DNA of 64,000 bases from an uncultured bacterium (GTDB taxonomy: Bacteria; Armatimonadota; Abditibacteriia; Abditibacteriales; Abditibacteriaceae). Shown here piece after piece: positions 28,002 through 38,633 of the stretch (position 1 is its first letter; the number at the start of each line of letters is the position of its first letter). A model generated the notes under the pieces. It saw only the letters and a program-made list of their open reading frames with translations, made no database searches and was not told the origin of the DNA. The position numbers were made by a program, and so were the translations under genes. The stretch is taken from assembly GCA_963843795.1 (NCBI GenBank), contig CAWJLW010000006.1:2356001-2420000 (forward strand). The letters run 5' to 3'.

Positions 28002-30419
28002 GTGACTTTTTCGCCTTTTTCCAACTCACCCGAAACTCCCGAACCCAATGGCAGCGCCACCAACGAAAACGTGGCCCATGATGACCCTGCCATTCACAGC
28101 GCCGCGCCCGCCACTTCCAGCGAACTGGATTCCAGCGAACTGGATTCCAGCAATCAGGATGTGGTTTCCGAAGGGTTAGAGCCGACAGAAACGGTGCAAG
28201 TACTTGCACCGCCTGCGCAGCTATCGAATGGAACGAAAACACAGAGCGTTTCCAAACCGATGCTGGCTTCGGCGCTGGCGGTCGGTGCGGCGGGCTGCGT
28301 CGCGTTGGCGTTCTGGGCTTCCAAAACCGGTCAACTGTCCACGAATCCAGCTTTGGTCGTCGCTCCTACTGCAGCCAGCGCGACGCCTGTGCCCAATGCC
28401 ACGCAACCGCCGATTGTTTTCACCGCGCCCCAACTCAACCGTCCCAATCCCAAGGCAACCGGAAAAAACGCGCCCAAATCCGCTGGAGCAAGAACAGAAG
28501 TGCCAAACGCAAATGCGGGCGCGTCGGCGAATCCATTGGGGAATGGCAGTTTGCCAGCCGGAGGAAATCCGGCGCGCGCTTTGTCTCAACTGCCGCCAGC
28601 ACCCGGAACAGGCGGAGGAACGAGACCCAATGCGGCGATTGCGCAAGATTTCGACCGCGCAGTTGCGGCGCAGAAAGCGGGCAACATCGAAGAAGCCATA
28701 AAATGGTATCGTTCAGTTCTGCAAAAGCAGCCTGCAGCACTTGAAGCGCGCACAAATATGGCAATCCTGTTCGCGCAAAATAAGCAGCCCGCCAAAGCTG
28801 TCGAGCAGTTGGAAGCCGCGCGCAAAATAGCACCCGAGAATCCGGCGATCAACTGGCAGTTGGCGCAAATGCAACTCGCCTTGAAAAAGCCGGACAAAGC
28901 TCTTGAACCGTTGCGCGCAGTGCTCAAAGCCGATCCGAAAAATGTGCCCGCGCACGTTTTGCAGGCACAAATCTTAACTGAAACCAGAAAATTCCCCGAA
29001 GCCTATCAAGCCTGGCAGCGCGTGGCAGAAATGACGCCCAAAGACGGACAGGCGGCGCTCGCGGCGGGCAGTATTGCGCTTCAGGAATTGAAAAAACCGG
29101 CTGAAGCCGAGAAGTGGTTGCGCCGCGCCACTGCGCTCCCGCCCGCCAATCCGCGCGCGCCGCTAGCTTTGGCGCAGGCACTTCTGGCGCAAAAGAAAGC
29201 CGGTAGCGCAGTGCGAGTGCTGGCTCCCGCAGCCAAAAAATATCCCGAAATCATCGAATTCGGCACGATGCTGTCCGATGCGCGCGCCGCAGATGGCGAC
29301 TTGAAGGGCGCGACCAGTGCACTGCGCGCCGTTATCAGCAAAGTGCCCCAGAAAACCGGCGCAGCGTATGGACAGTTGCGCTGGCAAATGGGCCGTTTGT
29401 TGGCCGGTCAGAAAGAATGGAAGGATGCGCAAAGGGAACTGCAAGCCGCCGCCAAAGAATTACCTAAAAACGCCGATTTGCGCGGTGCGCTAGCCGAAGT
29501 CGCCCTGCAGGCGAACGATAAAAAAGCAGGCGTGGCGAACTTGAAAACGCTGCTTGAACTGGATCCGAAACGCGTCGGGGCGCGTGTGGTTCTGGCGCAG
29601 GTCTTGGCACAAAACGGTGACTTCAAAAGCGCCAATGAACAATACCGCAAGTACTTGCAGGCCAAACCGGGCGATGCCACAATTGTAGCCGAACGCGCGG
29701 TCGTGCTGGAAAAGCTGGGCCGCACCGACGACGCTTTAAAATTGTGGACGCGCGCCGAACAATTGCTGCCCGACAATCCGCTGCCGATGTTGCAGCGCGG
29801 TCGAGTTTTGCGCAAAGCCAAGCGCGACAAGGAAGCGCTACAAGCGTTTCGTCATGTGTTGCAGGTGAAGCCAAACGAGCCGCGCGCGCTGCTCAATGCT
29901 GCTGAATTAGAAACTCAAAGCGGCCAATACAGCAGCGCCGTAACGCGCTGGAAGGCGCTTATCGCGCAGGAGCCGGGCTACGATGCAGCGTATGGCAACC
30001 TGATGGAAAGCGCGCGCAACGACCGTGGCAACAGGCAAAGCTTGGAAACTGCGGCCAATTTTCTCAAAGCGCAGCTGGCGAAAAATCCCAGTCGCCCGGC
30101 GGCGTATCGAGCGATTCTGAATTCGTATCAAAAAGCCGGACGCGGCAAGGAAGGTCGCGCTTTTGTCGATAATTTGGCGCGCTTACATCCCAAAGCCCAA
30201 GCGCCGCGCGAAGCTTTGGCCGCTTACGACCACCAAAGTAAAGCGGCCGCGCCAACCTCAGCGCCCGCACCGATTTCGACGCCAACACCAACGCTTACAA
30301 TTGCGCCACCCAAACCCAAAGTCACGCCGGGCGTAACCGGCTCATTGGATACAAAAAGCCAAACGGACGCGACCGCGGCACCGAAAACGAGCCCGGAGAC
30401 CAAAGACAAAAATCCGTAA
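28002..30419 (+). CDS. Membrane-anchored tetratricopeptide-repeat protein
   Basis: TM segment, Pro-rich linker and many TPR-like A...L...P helical repeats. Confidence 0.85.
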   Translation: MTFSPFSNSPETPEPNGSATNENVAHDDPAIHSAAPATSSELDSSELDSSNQDVVSEGLEPTETVQVLAPPAQLSNGTKTQSVSKPMLASALAVGAAGCVALAFWASKTGQLSTNPALVVAPTAASATPVPNATQPPIVFTAPQLNRPNPKATGKNAPKSAGARTEVPNANAGASANPLGNGSLPAGGNPARALSQLPPAPGTGGGTRPNAAIAQDFDRAVAAQKAGNIEEAIKWYRSVLQKQPAALEARTNMAILFAQNKQPAKAVEQLEAARKIAPENPAINWQLAQMQLALKKPDKALEPLRAVLKADPKNVPAHVLQAQILTETRKFPEAYQAWQRVAEMTPKDGQAALAAGSIALQELKKPAEAEKWLRRATALPPANPRAPLALAQALLAQKKAGSAVRVLAPAAKKYPEIIEFGTMLSDARAADGDLKGATSALRAVISKVPQKTGAAYGQLRWQMGRLLAGQKEWKDAQRELQAAAKELPKNADLRGALAEVALQANDKKAGVANLKTLLELDPKRVGARVVLAQVLAQNGDFKSANEQYRKYLQAKPGDATIVAERAVVLEKLGRTDDALKLWTRAEQLLPDNPLPMLQRGRVLRKAKRDKEALQAFRHVLQVKPNEPRALLNAAELETQSGQYSSAVTRWKALIAQEPGYDAAYGNLMESARNDRGNRQSLETAANFLKAQLAKNPSRPAAYRAILNSYQKAGRGKEGRAFVDNLARLHPKAQAPREALAAYDHQSKAAAPTSAPAPISTPTPTLTIAPPKPKVTPGVTGSLDTKSQTDATAAPKTSPETKDKNP
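28114..28151 (+). repeat. 15-bp tandem repeat (about 2.5 units) in coding sequence
   Basis: TTCCAGCGAACTGGA x2 plus TTCCAGC, encoding SSELD SSELD SS. Confidence 0.7.
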
Positions 30420-30581
30420 GCCAAATCCCTCACATAACAATGCCCTGCAAGTACTTGCAGGGCATTGTGCTAAAAATAAATTCGCGATAACGCAGATTTG
30501 CAATGGAATTGCAAATCTGCAACGCTTATAATGAAAGTTGGTTTTGATAAGCTGAGCCGAGAAGGGACAAAAGGAAAAAAT

Positions 30582-33500
30582 ATGAACGACTTCACACGGC
30601 AATGGGCACATTTCTCGCGTCGCGCCCGCCCCACAATTGGGAACAGTCGCCTGCGAGCCTTGATGCTGACGCTATTGGCGCTGATTTCACTGGGCGCTCA
30701 AAGCGGCGCTCAGTTGCGCGCGCAAGACACGACCGGCCCGACGGTGCGAGTCACTGCGCCAGTCGCCAGTTCGACTTCGCGCCAGATTTCAACAATTGCA
30801 GGCACCGCTATTGATAACGCGGGCGGCAGTGGCGTCAGCAGCGTAACGACTTCGCTTTTCCGTAACGCCGACCGCAAATGGTGGAGCGGCACGACCTGGG
30901 TTGATAACATCGTTTTGCTGGCGACAAATTTCAACGCCAGCAACGGCAATTGGACGATCAATGCGCCCTTGCCAACGGGAAGTAATTTGCAGGACGGATT
31001 ATATGTCGCTATCGGTTCGGCCATCGACAGGTCGAATAATACGGGAACTGGCGATAGCGCGTTTTTCATCGATAAAACTCCTCCCGGCCCGCTGGCTTTT
31101 ATTAATCCCACCAATGGCCAACTGGTCAACAATCTTTCCAACATTAACGGAACAGTCGATGACAACAGTGGCGGCAGTGGCATCGCGAGCGTACTGGTGA
31201 CGATTCAGCGCGTCAGCGATAGCAGATATTGGAATGGCAGCGCCTTTGTTTCCTCTGCCTTCGAGATTTCCGCACAGGCTGGCGGCGGAAATTGGTCGCT
31301 GAGCACCAGCTTGGTCGCGGGCAACGATCCCAACACGACGCTGACAAATGGTGATTATAAAATTACCGCCACGGCGCGCGACAAAGCCGACAACGCCAGC
31401 ACCAACAACATCACAGTGACTTCGTTGAACGATTTCACTGCGCCCACGGTCGCGTGGACAAATCCGACCGCGAATTCAGCGCAGTTGAGCCTGCCAACTT
31501 TGAGTGGAACAGCACAAGATAACCCGGGTGGCAGCGGCTTGGGCGGCGCGCAGCTCGCGCTCTTACGCAATAGCGATCAGTTCTGGTGGAATGGCACGAC
31601 ATGGCAGCCCAATTTCGTTTTTCTGCCTGCCGCCCTCAACGGCAATATTTTCAACAATACCGGCGCTTTGCCTACCGGTGCCAACTTGCAAAACGGCGCT
31701 TATGTCGCCATTGCCTATATCACTGACAGGCTGGGCAATCGAGGCGAACAAGACGTTTTCTTTGAAATCGATAAAATCGCGCCGAACGCGCCAACTGTCA
31801 CGCGCCCAAGCGATGGGCAGTTGCTCAACAACTTACAGGTCATCGAAGGCCGTGCGACCGATAATGATGGAGGCAGCGGCATTGGCGTTGTCGATGTAGC
31901 GATTCAACGCCAGAGCGATAATTTATATTGGAACGGCAACGCGTTCGCGCCCGGCCCGATTAATTTGACTGCGCAAAGCGGCGGCGGCTTCTGGTCGCTG
32001 ACCACGACCTTGCGCGCTGGCGATAATTTACCCGATGGCGCCTATAACCTCACCGCGAGCGCGCGCGATAAAGCCGGCAACAGCACGGCGACAACAATCG
32101 CGGTGCAAGTACTTGCCGACGCCCTCGCGCCCACAATCAACTGGACGAACCCGACGCAGGGCCAGATTATTCAATCGCTGCCGACTTTGAGCGGCACCAC
32201 GCAAGATAACGCGGGAGGCAGTGGCTTGGCGAGCGCGCAGCTGGCATTGTTGCGCACGAGCGATCAGTTCTGGTGGAACGGTAGCGGCTGGCAGCCCGAT
32301 TTCGCTTTTCTACCCGCCGTTTTGAACGGTAACAACTTCAGCAACGCGGGTGCTTTGCCCGCCGATGCCAATCTGCAAAATGGCGGTTATGTCGCCATTG
32401 CGTATATCCTTGACCGCATCGGAAATCGCGGCGAACAAGATGTAGCGTTTTCAGTGGGCACCGCACCTCCTGCACAAGACACCGCACCGCCGACGATTGC
32501 GATCACACGACCCACAATTAACAGTTTTGTGAGCCAAATCGCACCAATTGCCGGCACGGCCAGCGACAACGCTGGCGGCAGCGGATTGGAACGCGTATCG
32601 CTTGGCCTCAATCGAGTGGCCGATAACACATGGTGGAATGGCAGCGCTTGGACACCGACTTTCATCGAGCTGCGCACCGCGCTTTCCGGCACTAACTGGG
32701 TACTTGATTCTGGCTTGCCCCAAGGCAGCGATTTAAACGACGGCGCTTATTTTGTGCTCGCGATTGCGACCGATCGCTCCGGCAATCGCGGTCAAACTCA
32801 GAACGCATTCAACGTCGATGTCACCAGTCCCAACGAGCCGACGTTCACGCAGCCCACCGATGGACAATTCGTGACCGATTTACTCAACATCACCGGTAAA
32901 GCGGCCGATACAAGCGGTGGCAGCGGCGTGACAAATGTTGACATCGCGATTCGCCGTTTGAGCGACGGCCTGTATTGGAACGGCACTGCGTTCGTTGCTG
33001 GGCCGGTTAACCTCGCCGCGCAAAGTGGCAACGGACTGTGGTCGCTGCAAACATCGCTGCGCGCAGGTGTCAATTTAGCCGATGGCTCTTATCAGCTCAC
33101 CGCAACATCACACGACGCAGCGGGCAACCTGAGTAATGGCTCGATTACCGTCCGCGTGCTTAACGATGCCATCGCTCCGACGATTCAATGGACATTTCCC
33201 GTCGCGGGCCAAACCTCCCAAGCATTGCCCGAATTGCGCGGCCTGACTCAAGACAACGAAGGCGGCAGCGGACTGGCCAAAGCGCAAGTCGCACTTTTGC
33301 GCAACAGCGACAAAGCTTGGTGGAACGGAAGCGGCTGGCAGCCTGATTTCGCTTTCCTGAATGCGACGCTGAGTGGTAACACCTATGCGCGAGTCGGTGG
33401 TTTGCCAACGGGCACGAATCTGACAAACGGCACTTATGTCGCGATTGCTTACGTTTATGATCGCGTCGGCAATCGTGGCGAAAAAGATGTGACGTTTAGC

Positions 33501-35912
33501 GTCGGCCCGCCGCCGCCGCCGCCCGATACCGTCGCGCCAACTGTTACGATCACGCGCCCGACGATTTCGCAGGCCGTGCGCTCGGTTACTCCCGCGATCG
33601 GAACCGCCCAAGACAACAATGGCGGCACCGGTTTGTTGGGTGTCGAAGTCGCGCTGTATCGGATTGCCGATAACACTTATTGGAATGGACGCGCTTTCGC
33701 GCCCGGCATCAAGCGCTTCCGCGCCGCCCAAAGTGGCGAGCAGTGGCTGGTCGGCGCGGCTTTGCCCAACGGCCGTCAATTGACCAGCGGACAATACGTG
33801 CTGATCGCGTTTGCGCGCGACCGCTCTGGAAACGAAGGCCAGACCCAAAGTACTTTCAGTGTTGATATTACGCCGCCCGCACTGGCGACTTTTGAAACGC
33901 CCGACGGCACCACTCCGGTGAACAATCTCGTCGAAATCAATGGTCGCGTGGCCGATAACGACGGCGGCAGTGGCGTGGTCGGAGTGGATTTGTATATCCA
34001 ACGTTTCGACCGCGCGTACTGGAACGGTAGCGCGTGGACGGCGGCTCTAACACCGCTCAAAGCGCGCGTGACCGGCAATTTCTGGGAAGTGCGCACTACC
34101 CTTGATACAGGTGCAAATTTACCAAGCGGCAACTATTTAATGACCGCTTTGAGCTTTGACCAAGCAGGCAACCGCAGCGGACGCAGCCAGCGCTTCGTGC
34201 GTGTCATCAGCGATGCGTTGCCGCCGCTCGTGAAGTGGACGGCTCCAGCGAGCAACGCCGCGTTCCGTAGCTTCCCGAGTTTGCAGGGCGAAGCCAAAGA
34301 CAATCCGGATGGCGAAGCCAGCGGACTGGCGCGCGTCGAAATTGGCATTTTGCGACCCCGTGATAATGCGTGGTGGAACGGTAGTAGCTGGCAGGCACAA
34401 TTCGCCACGTTGCCCGCGACAGTTCAGGGCGAAAAATGGCAGCTCAGCACCAATCTTCCGCCCGATTCGGCTTTGCAGCCGCAGCGCTATGTAACGATTG
34501 CTTACGCTTACGACAAAATTGGTTTGCAGGGCAAGGCCGATATTTCGTTCTTGATCGATACCATTGCACCGCTCGCACCGCAATTCTCCAACCCAACCAA
34601 TGGTAGTCAGGTTGTCACGCTGGCTCCAATCACTGGGCGCGCCATCGACGCGCCCAACCCCGAAGCGACCGGCAGCGGCATCGGTGCAGTTGATGTGGTC
34701 ATTCAGAGATTGAGCGACAATTTTACTTGGAACGGTTCCGAGTGGACGCGCGAAATTCATTACTTGCCCACCAACCTGAACAACGCCAGCTTCCGTCGTG
34801 ATGGCACTCCGGGCGGCATTAATCTACAAAGCGGGGATTATCGTTTGACCGCGCGCGCCACCGATCGCGCTGGCAATACCAGCCAGAATGCGATTACAGT
34901 TCGCGTGATCGATGGACAATCGCCCAACATCGCGATTGTCTCACCCGGCAACAATGAGCTGTTGGGCGCTCTTACGACAATTTCGGGCACAACCAGCGGC
35001 ACTAACGATACACCCAACGATACCGTGCGCGTCGGAATTTCTATTCAACGCGACAGCGATGGTTTGTATTGGAACGGCAGCACTTATGCGCCAGCGCCAA
35101 CCTTATTGCCTACGACGTTGGCCGCCAATGGCACCTGGACTTTCAATGGGGTGCCCAAAGGCACGAATCTACCCAGCGGCACTTACACGATTCGCGCAAC
35201 GGCTTTCGATGCCAGCGGCAACCAGAGTCAGAGCGCGATCAAAGTGCGCATTTCCAACGACACAATCGCTCCGACCCTGACCCTCACCGATCCCAAAGCT
35301 GGTGTCACTGTTCGCCAGTTGGAGCGCGTGGCGGGTACAGCGACGGACGAAACCAATGGTTCAGGCTTGGTTCGCGTCGGTGTCGCGATTTTGCGGCAGC
35401 GCGATCAGCTGTGGTGGAACGGCGCGAAATGGACGGATCAATTCTTTCTGTTGCCCGCAACAATAAGTGGCATCAATTGGGCCGTCACGTCCAATCTGCC
35501 GCGCACTGCCGACACACCAGCTGGTGGCTATCTCGTCATCGCACAAGCGTATGACAAAGTTGGCAATACCAGCCAGCAGGAAGTTATCATCGGCATCGAC
35601 GCCAACGGCCCGGTGCAAGGCGCTTCGCAAACGCAAAACGCAGCGGTTTCGTTGGTCAAACTTTCGACATGGAAAGCTGACGGTGCCAAAGTGCAACTCT
35701 TCTTCACCGGCGCACTCGATGTCGATTCCGCAACCGATGTCGATAATTATCGTGTTGCAGTCGGTGGCAGCATCCAAAGCGTCGAATCAGCATCCTATAG
35801 CTCCAACGTCGTCACCCTGACCTTGAAACAAAATGTCAGCTCAGACACGGAAATCTCGTGGCAGCTGCAAGATGCAGCGAACCGCATCCTCAGCGGACAC
35901 TTGACGCACTGA
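30582..35912 (+). CDS. Large secreted protein with about 14 Ig-like repeats
   Basis: Signal-like N-terminus; repeats of about 115 aa, DxxxP...DNxGGSG...[WY]WNG...NLxxGxY...DRxGN; AAGGA RBS upstream. Confidence 0.85.
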   Translation: MNDFTRQWAHFSRRARPTIGNSRLRALMLTLLALISLGAQSGAQLRAQDTTGPTVRVTAPVASSTSRQISTIAGTAIDNAGGSGVSSVTTSLFRNADRKWWSGTTWVDNIVLLATNFNASNGNWTINAPLPTGSNLQDGLYVAIGSAIDRSNNTGTGDSAFFIDKTPPGPLAFINPTNGQLVNNLSNINGTVDDNSGGSGIASVLVTIQRVSDSRYWNGSAFVSSAFEISAQAGGGNWSLSTSLVAGNDPNTTLTNGDYKITATARDKADNASTNNITVTSLNDFTAPTVAWTNPTANSAQLSLPTLSGTAQDNPGGSGLGGAQLALLRNSDQFWWNGTTWQPNFVFLPAALNGNIFNNTGALPTGANLQNGAYVAIAYITDRLGNRGEQDVFFEIDKIAPNAPTVTRPSDGQLLNNLQVIEGRATDNDGGSGIGVVDVAIQRQSDNLYWNGNAFAPGPINLTAQSGGGFWSLTTTLRAGDNLPDGAYNLTASARDKAGNSTATTIAVQVLADALAPTINWTNPTQGQIIQSLPTLSGTTQDNAGGSGLASAQLALLRTSDQFWWNGSGWQPDFAFLPAVLNGNNFSNAGALPADANLQNGGYVAIAYILDRIGNRGEQDVAFSVGTAPPAQDTAPPTIAITRPTINSFVSQIAPIAGTASDNAGGSGLERVSLGLNRVADNTWWNGSAWTPTFIELRTALSGTNWVLDSGLPQGSDLNDGAYFVLAIATDRSGNRGQTQNAFNVDVTSPNEPTFTQPTDGQFVTDLLNITGKAADTSGGSGVTNVDIAIRRLSDGLYWNGTAFVAGPVNLAAQSGNGLWSLQTSLRAGVNLADGSYQLTATSHDAAGNLSNGSITVRVLNDAIAPTIQWTFPVAGQTSQALPELRGLTQDNEGGSGLAKAQVALLRNSDKAWWNGSGWQPDFAFLNATLSGNTYARVGGLPTGTNLTNGTYVAIAYVYDRVGNRGEKDVTFSVGPPPPPPDTVAPTVTITRPTISQAVRSVTPAIGTAQDNNGGTGLLGVEVALYRIADNTYWNGRAFAPGIKRFRAAQSGEQWLVGAALPNGRQLTSGQYVLIAFARDRSGNEGQTQSTFSVDITPPALATFETPDGTTPVNNLVEINGRVADNDGGSGVVGVDLYIQRFDRAYWNGSAWTAALTPLKARVTGNFWEVRTTLDTGANLPSGNYLMTALSFDQAGNRSGRSQRFVRVISDALPPLVKWTAPASNAAFRSFPSLQGEAKDNPDGEASGLARVEIGILRPRDNAWWNGSSWQAQFATLPATVQGEKWQLSTNLPPDSALQPQRYVTIAYAYDKIGLQGKADISFLIDTIAPLAPQFSNPTNGSQVVTLAPITGRAIDAPNPEATGSGIGAVDVVIQRLSDNFTWNGSEWTREIHYLPTNLNNASFRRDGTPGGINLQSGDYRLTARATDRAGNTSQNAITVRVIDGQSPNIAIVSPGNNELLGALTTISGTTSGTNDTPNDTVRVGISIQRDSDGLYWNGSTYAPAPTLLPTTLAANGTWTFNGVPKGTNLPSGTYTIRATAFDASGNQSQSAIKVRISNDTIAPTLTLTDPKAGVTVRQLERVAGTATDETNGSGLVRVGVAILRQRDQLWWNGAKWTDQFFLLPATISGINWAVTSNLPRTADTPAGGYLVIAQAYDKVGNTSQQEVIIGIDANGPVQGASQTQNAAVSLVKLSTWKADGAKVQLFFTGALDVDSATDVDNYRVAVGGSIQSVESASYSSNVVTLTLKQNVSSDTEISWQLQDAANRILSGHLTH

Positions 35913-35916
35913 AGCG

Positions 35917-35964
35917 ATTTTGCCCAGGTGCATTGCAAGTACTTGCAATGCACCTGGGCAAAAT
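35917..35964. repeat. Perfect 48-bp palindrome centred on the repeat
   Basis: ATTTTGCCCAGGTGCATTGCAAGT|ACTTGCAATGCACCTGGGCAAAAT just after the stop codon. Confidence 0.9.
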
Positions 35965-36148
35965 ATGGCAAGTGAAACTGTGCGAGTGACTGCAAGTTAC
36001 TTGCGACCTATTTTCAGGAATTTCAATGGGTTTGGCTTTGTTTCGGCTGTGTAAATTCTCAGTAACTCACGCTCTTTTTTGTGGTCAAATAGAAATAGAG
36101 CGCAGCCAATTGAAGGTGAAATTTCGCTGCGTAATCAGGGAGAAAAAT

Positions 36149-36604
36149 ATGAAAGATAAAATGATTGGAAAATTTGGTTGGGTTCAAGCTGCCACACTGG
36201 CAACGGTGCTAACGACTTCGTTGGCTATGGCAACTACGAGCTTTGCCGCTCCGCAGAAACCAGCTGGCAAAGGCGCAGGAAAAGGTGGCCCGGGTGGTCG
36301 TGGCGGAATGCGCGGTGGCCCGATGCGCATGATGAAAGAATTGAATCTGACTGCCGCGCAGCAGACCAAAATTAAAGCCATTATGGAAGCTTCGCGCCCA
36401 CAAATGAAAGCGTTGCGCGAAAACACCAAACTATCCGAGCAAGACAAGCACGCGCAGATGATGAAGATGCGCAAAGCTCAAATGGAAAAAATCAACGCCG
36501 TTTTGACCCCCGCACAGCGCACCAAATTCGCCGCGATGCAGAAAGAAATGCGAGAAAAAATGAAGAACATGAAACCCGGCGACCGTCCGGGCGGCCCTCG
36601 CTAA
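36149..36604 (+). CDS. Spy/CpxP-family periplasmic chaperone (LTxxQ)
   Basis: Signal peptide; LNLTAAQQ and VLTPAQR motifs. Confidence 0.8.
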   Translation: MKDKMIGKFGWVQAATLATVLTTSLAMATTSFAAPQKPAGKGAGKGGPGGRGGMRGGPMRMMKELNLTAAQQTKIKAIMEASRPQMKALRENTKLSEQDKHAQMMKMRKAQMEKINAVLTPAQRTKFAAMQKEMREKMKNMKPGDRPGGPR

Positions 36605-36624
36605 ATTTCAAATTCAACAATCAC

Positions 36625-36662
36625 AAAGCCGCGCCCGAGAAATTTTCGGGCGCGGCTTTTTT
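36625..36662 (+). terminator. Intrinsic terminator
   Basis: AAAGCCGCGCCCGA-loop-TCGGGCGCGGCTTTTTT. Confidence 0.8.
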
Positions 36663-36817
36663 GTGTCTGCAGGTACTTGCAGTCGCATAGAGAGGTGGCC
36701 GAATAACAGTACAATTAGCACACAGAGAAGCGATTCTTCTAAAGAGTTGAATTTTCTTCACGGTTTGCGCTCGAAAGTGCTGGCGGCGCGTCAAACTGCA
36801 CTCTCACTTCTGAATCC

Positions 36818-36826
36818 TGCTATACT
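36818..36826 (+). promoter_or_regulatory. Putative extended -10 promoter of the DEAD-box helicase gene
   Basis: TGCTATACT about 175 bp upstream of the start codon. Confidence 0.4.
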
Positions 36827-37002
36827 GTCGCGTAGATTTGATTGATGTCGCCAAATTTAATTCTCCGGCGACACGAGACACGTTTGTGCGCTGCGTCCTT
36901 CCGTTGGCTTCCGGCTGTGACAGTTCGTCCAGATGCGTCATCAAAGTATGGCCCGTCTTTTCACTTATTTAACTGCCACGGGACAAAAGGAAACAACAGA
37001 AT

Positions 37003-38457
37003 ATGAACAGCACTCAAGAGAACCGCACAGCGGTTGCTCCTCATTCGTTCGCGTCTGAAACCCACACGGAAATTCATACCGACGAAACAACCACCGACCA
37101 AACCAACACCAGTTTTCACGATCTCGAACTCGATGACTCAATTCTCAAAGTTCTGGATCGTTTGAAATTTGTCACACCTACGCCGATTCAAGAGCGCGCC
37201 ATTCCTATTGGGCTTACCGGCGACGATGTCATTGGCATCGCACAAACCGGAACCGGCAAAACGCTGGCATTCGCCCTCCCGATTTTGCAGCGTTTCGTCG
37301 CTCAAGGCAAGCGTTCGCGCGGGCGCGCGTTGGTGATTTTACCGACTCGTGAACTGGCCTTGCAAGTCGAAGAAACCTTTTCAAAAATTGGCAAGCCGTT
37401 CGGCCTCAAAAGCATCGTCTTGATTGGCGGCGCGCCAATGCGCCCGCAGTTGGCCGATTTGCGACGCAATCCTGACGTAATTATCGCCACGCCGGGTCGC
37501 TTGATTGACCATGTGCAATCGCGCAACGTCGATTTGCGCACCGTTGATACCTTGATTTTGGACGAAGCGGACAGAATGTTGGACATGGGTTTTGCGCCCC
37601 AGATCAAGCAGATTTTGCGCGAAGTGCCCGAAGAACGGCAGACCTTGTTGTTTTCGGCAACGATGCCCGACGACATCGCGCAAATCGCGCGCAATCACAT
37701 GGTCGATCCGCAGCGCGTCGAAGTGGCGCGTCAGGGCACGGCAGCCGAAAACGTGACGCAGGAATGTGTCATCGTGTCGCAGGAAGGCAAGAACGACATT
37801 CTGGAAGATTTGCTGGAAAAATACGAAGGCACGATTTTGGTGTTCGCGCGCACTCGTTCGCGCGCGGCGCGCATCACGCGCACCTTGCGTCGTAATAATC
37901 ACAACGCAGCCGAAATTCATTCCGACCGCAGTTTGTCGCAGCGTCGTGCAGCTTTGGACGGCTTCAAAAACGGTACTTATCGCGTTTTGGTCGCTACCGA
38001 CATCGCTGCACGCGGCATTGATGTGACCGGCATCGAATTGGTTTTGAACTACGATTTGCCCGACGCTGCCGAAGATTATGTGCATCGCATCGGACGCACC
38101 GGACGTGCAGGCAAAAGTGGTCACGCAATTTCATTTGCCGCGCCCGATCAGGGTTCGGACGTGAAAGCTATCGAGCGCTTGCTGCGCACTACATTGGATA
38201 TTTCCGACCGCTCGCGCGCCAATTTCGATGCAAGCACGTCCAAATCGCGCTCACGTCGTGGCGGTGGCGGCGGCGGACAGCGCAATGGCGGCCAGAATGG
38301 CGGCGGTCAGCGCAGCGGTGGTGGAGGCCAAAACGGTTATCGCGGCGCGCGTTCGTCTTCGCCAAACGGCGGCCCGCAGCGCTCGTCCGGTCCGTCGAAC
38401 GGCGGCGCTGGTAGCAGTTCGAGCCGTCCGCGCACGTTCTCCGGTCGCAATCGCTAA
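37003..38457 (+). CDS. DEAD-box RNA helicase (RhlE-like)
   Basis: Q motif, AQTGTGKT, PTRELA, DEAD, SAT and HRIGRTGR; Gly/Arg-rich tail. Confidence 0.95.
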   Translation: MNSTQENRTAVAPHSFASETHTEIHTDETTTDQTNTSFHDLELDDSILKVLDRLKFVTPTPIQERAIPIGLTGDDVIGIAQTGTGKTLAFALPILQRFVAQGKRSRGRALVILPTRELALQVEETFSKIGKPFGLKSIVLIGGAPMRPQLADLRRNPDVIIATPGRLIDHVQSRNVDLRTVDTLILDEADRMLDMGFAPQIKQILREVPEERQTLLFSATMPDDIAQIARNHMVDPQRVEVARQGTAAENVTQECVIVSQEGKNDILEDLLEKYEGTILVFARTRSRAARITRTLRRNNHNAAEIHSDRSLSQRRAALDGFKNGTYRVLVATDIAARGIDVTGIELVLNYDLPDAAEDYVHRIGRTGRAGKSGHAISFAAPDQGSDVKAIERLLRTTLDISDRSRANFDASTSKSRSRRGGGGGGQRNGGQNGGGQRSGGGGQNGYRGARSSSPNGGPQRSSGPSNGGAGSSSSRPRTFSGRNR

Positions 38458-38480
38458 TAGCAATCGCTAAACACTCGCAC

Positions 38481-38534
38481 AACGAAAACGCCCCGCACAA
38501 AAGCCGAAGCCGGTTTGTGCGGGGCGTTTTCGTT
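38481..38534 (+). terminator. Long-stem intrinsic terminator
   Basis: AACGAAAACGCCCCGCACAAA-loop-TTTGTGCGGGGCGTTTTCGTT. Confidence 0.75.
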
Positions 38535-38633
38535 TCTGCAACTTTGCTTCTGCAAGTACTTGCAAGGCGCTTTTTGCAGCTCTCAACGCAACATCGCACG
38601 CCCAATGTTATCGAAAGATGTCATTCAAAAGGG

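Noticed and set aside
38517..38633. N-terminal ORF extensions containing CKYLQ/LQVLA/ASTC (also at 2857-3036, 17171-17302, 20563-20763, 57232-57351)
   Set aside because: These are read-throughs of the intergenic palindrome, which has no stop codon in any frame. Downstream starts fit the protein families better.
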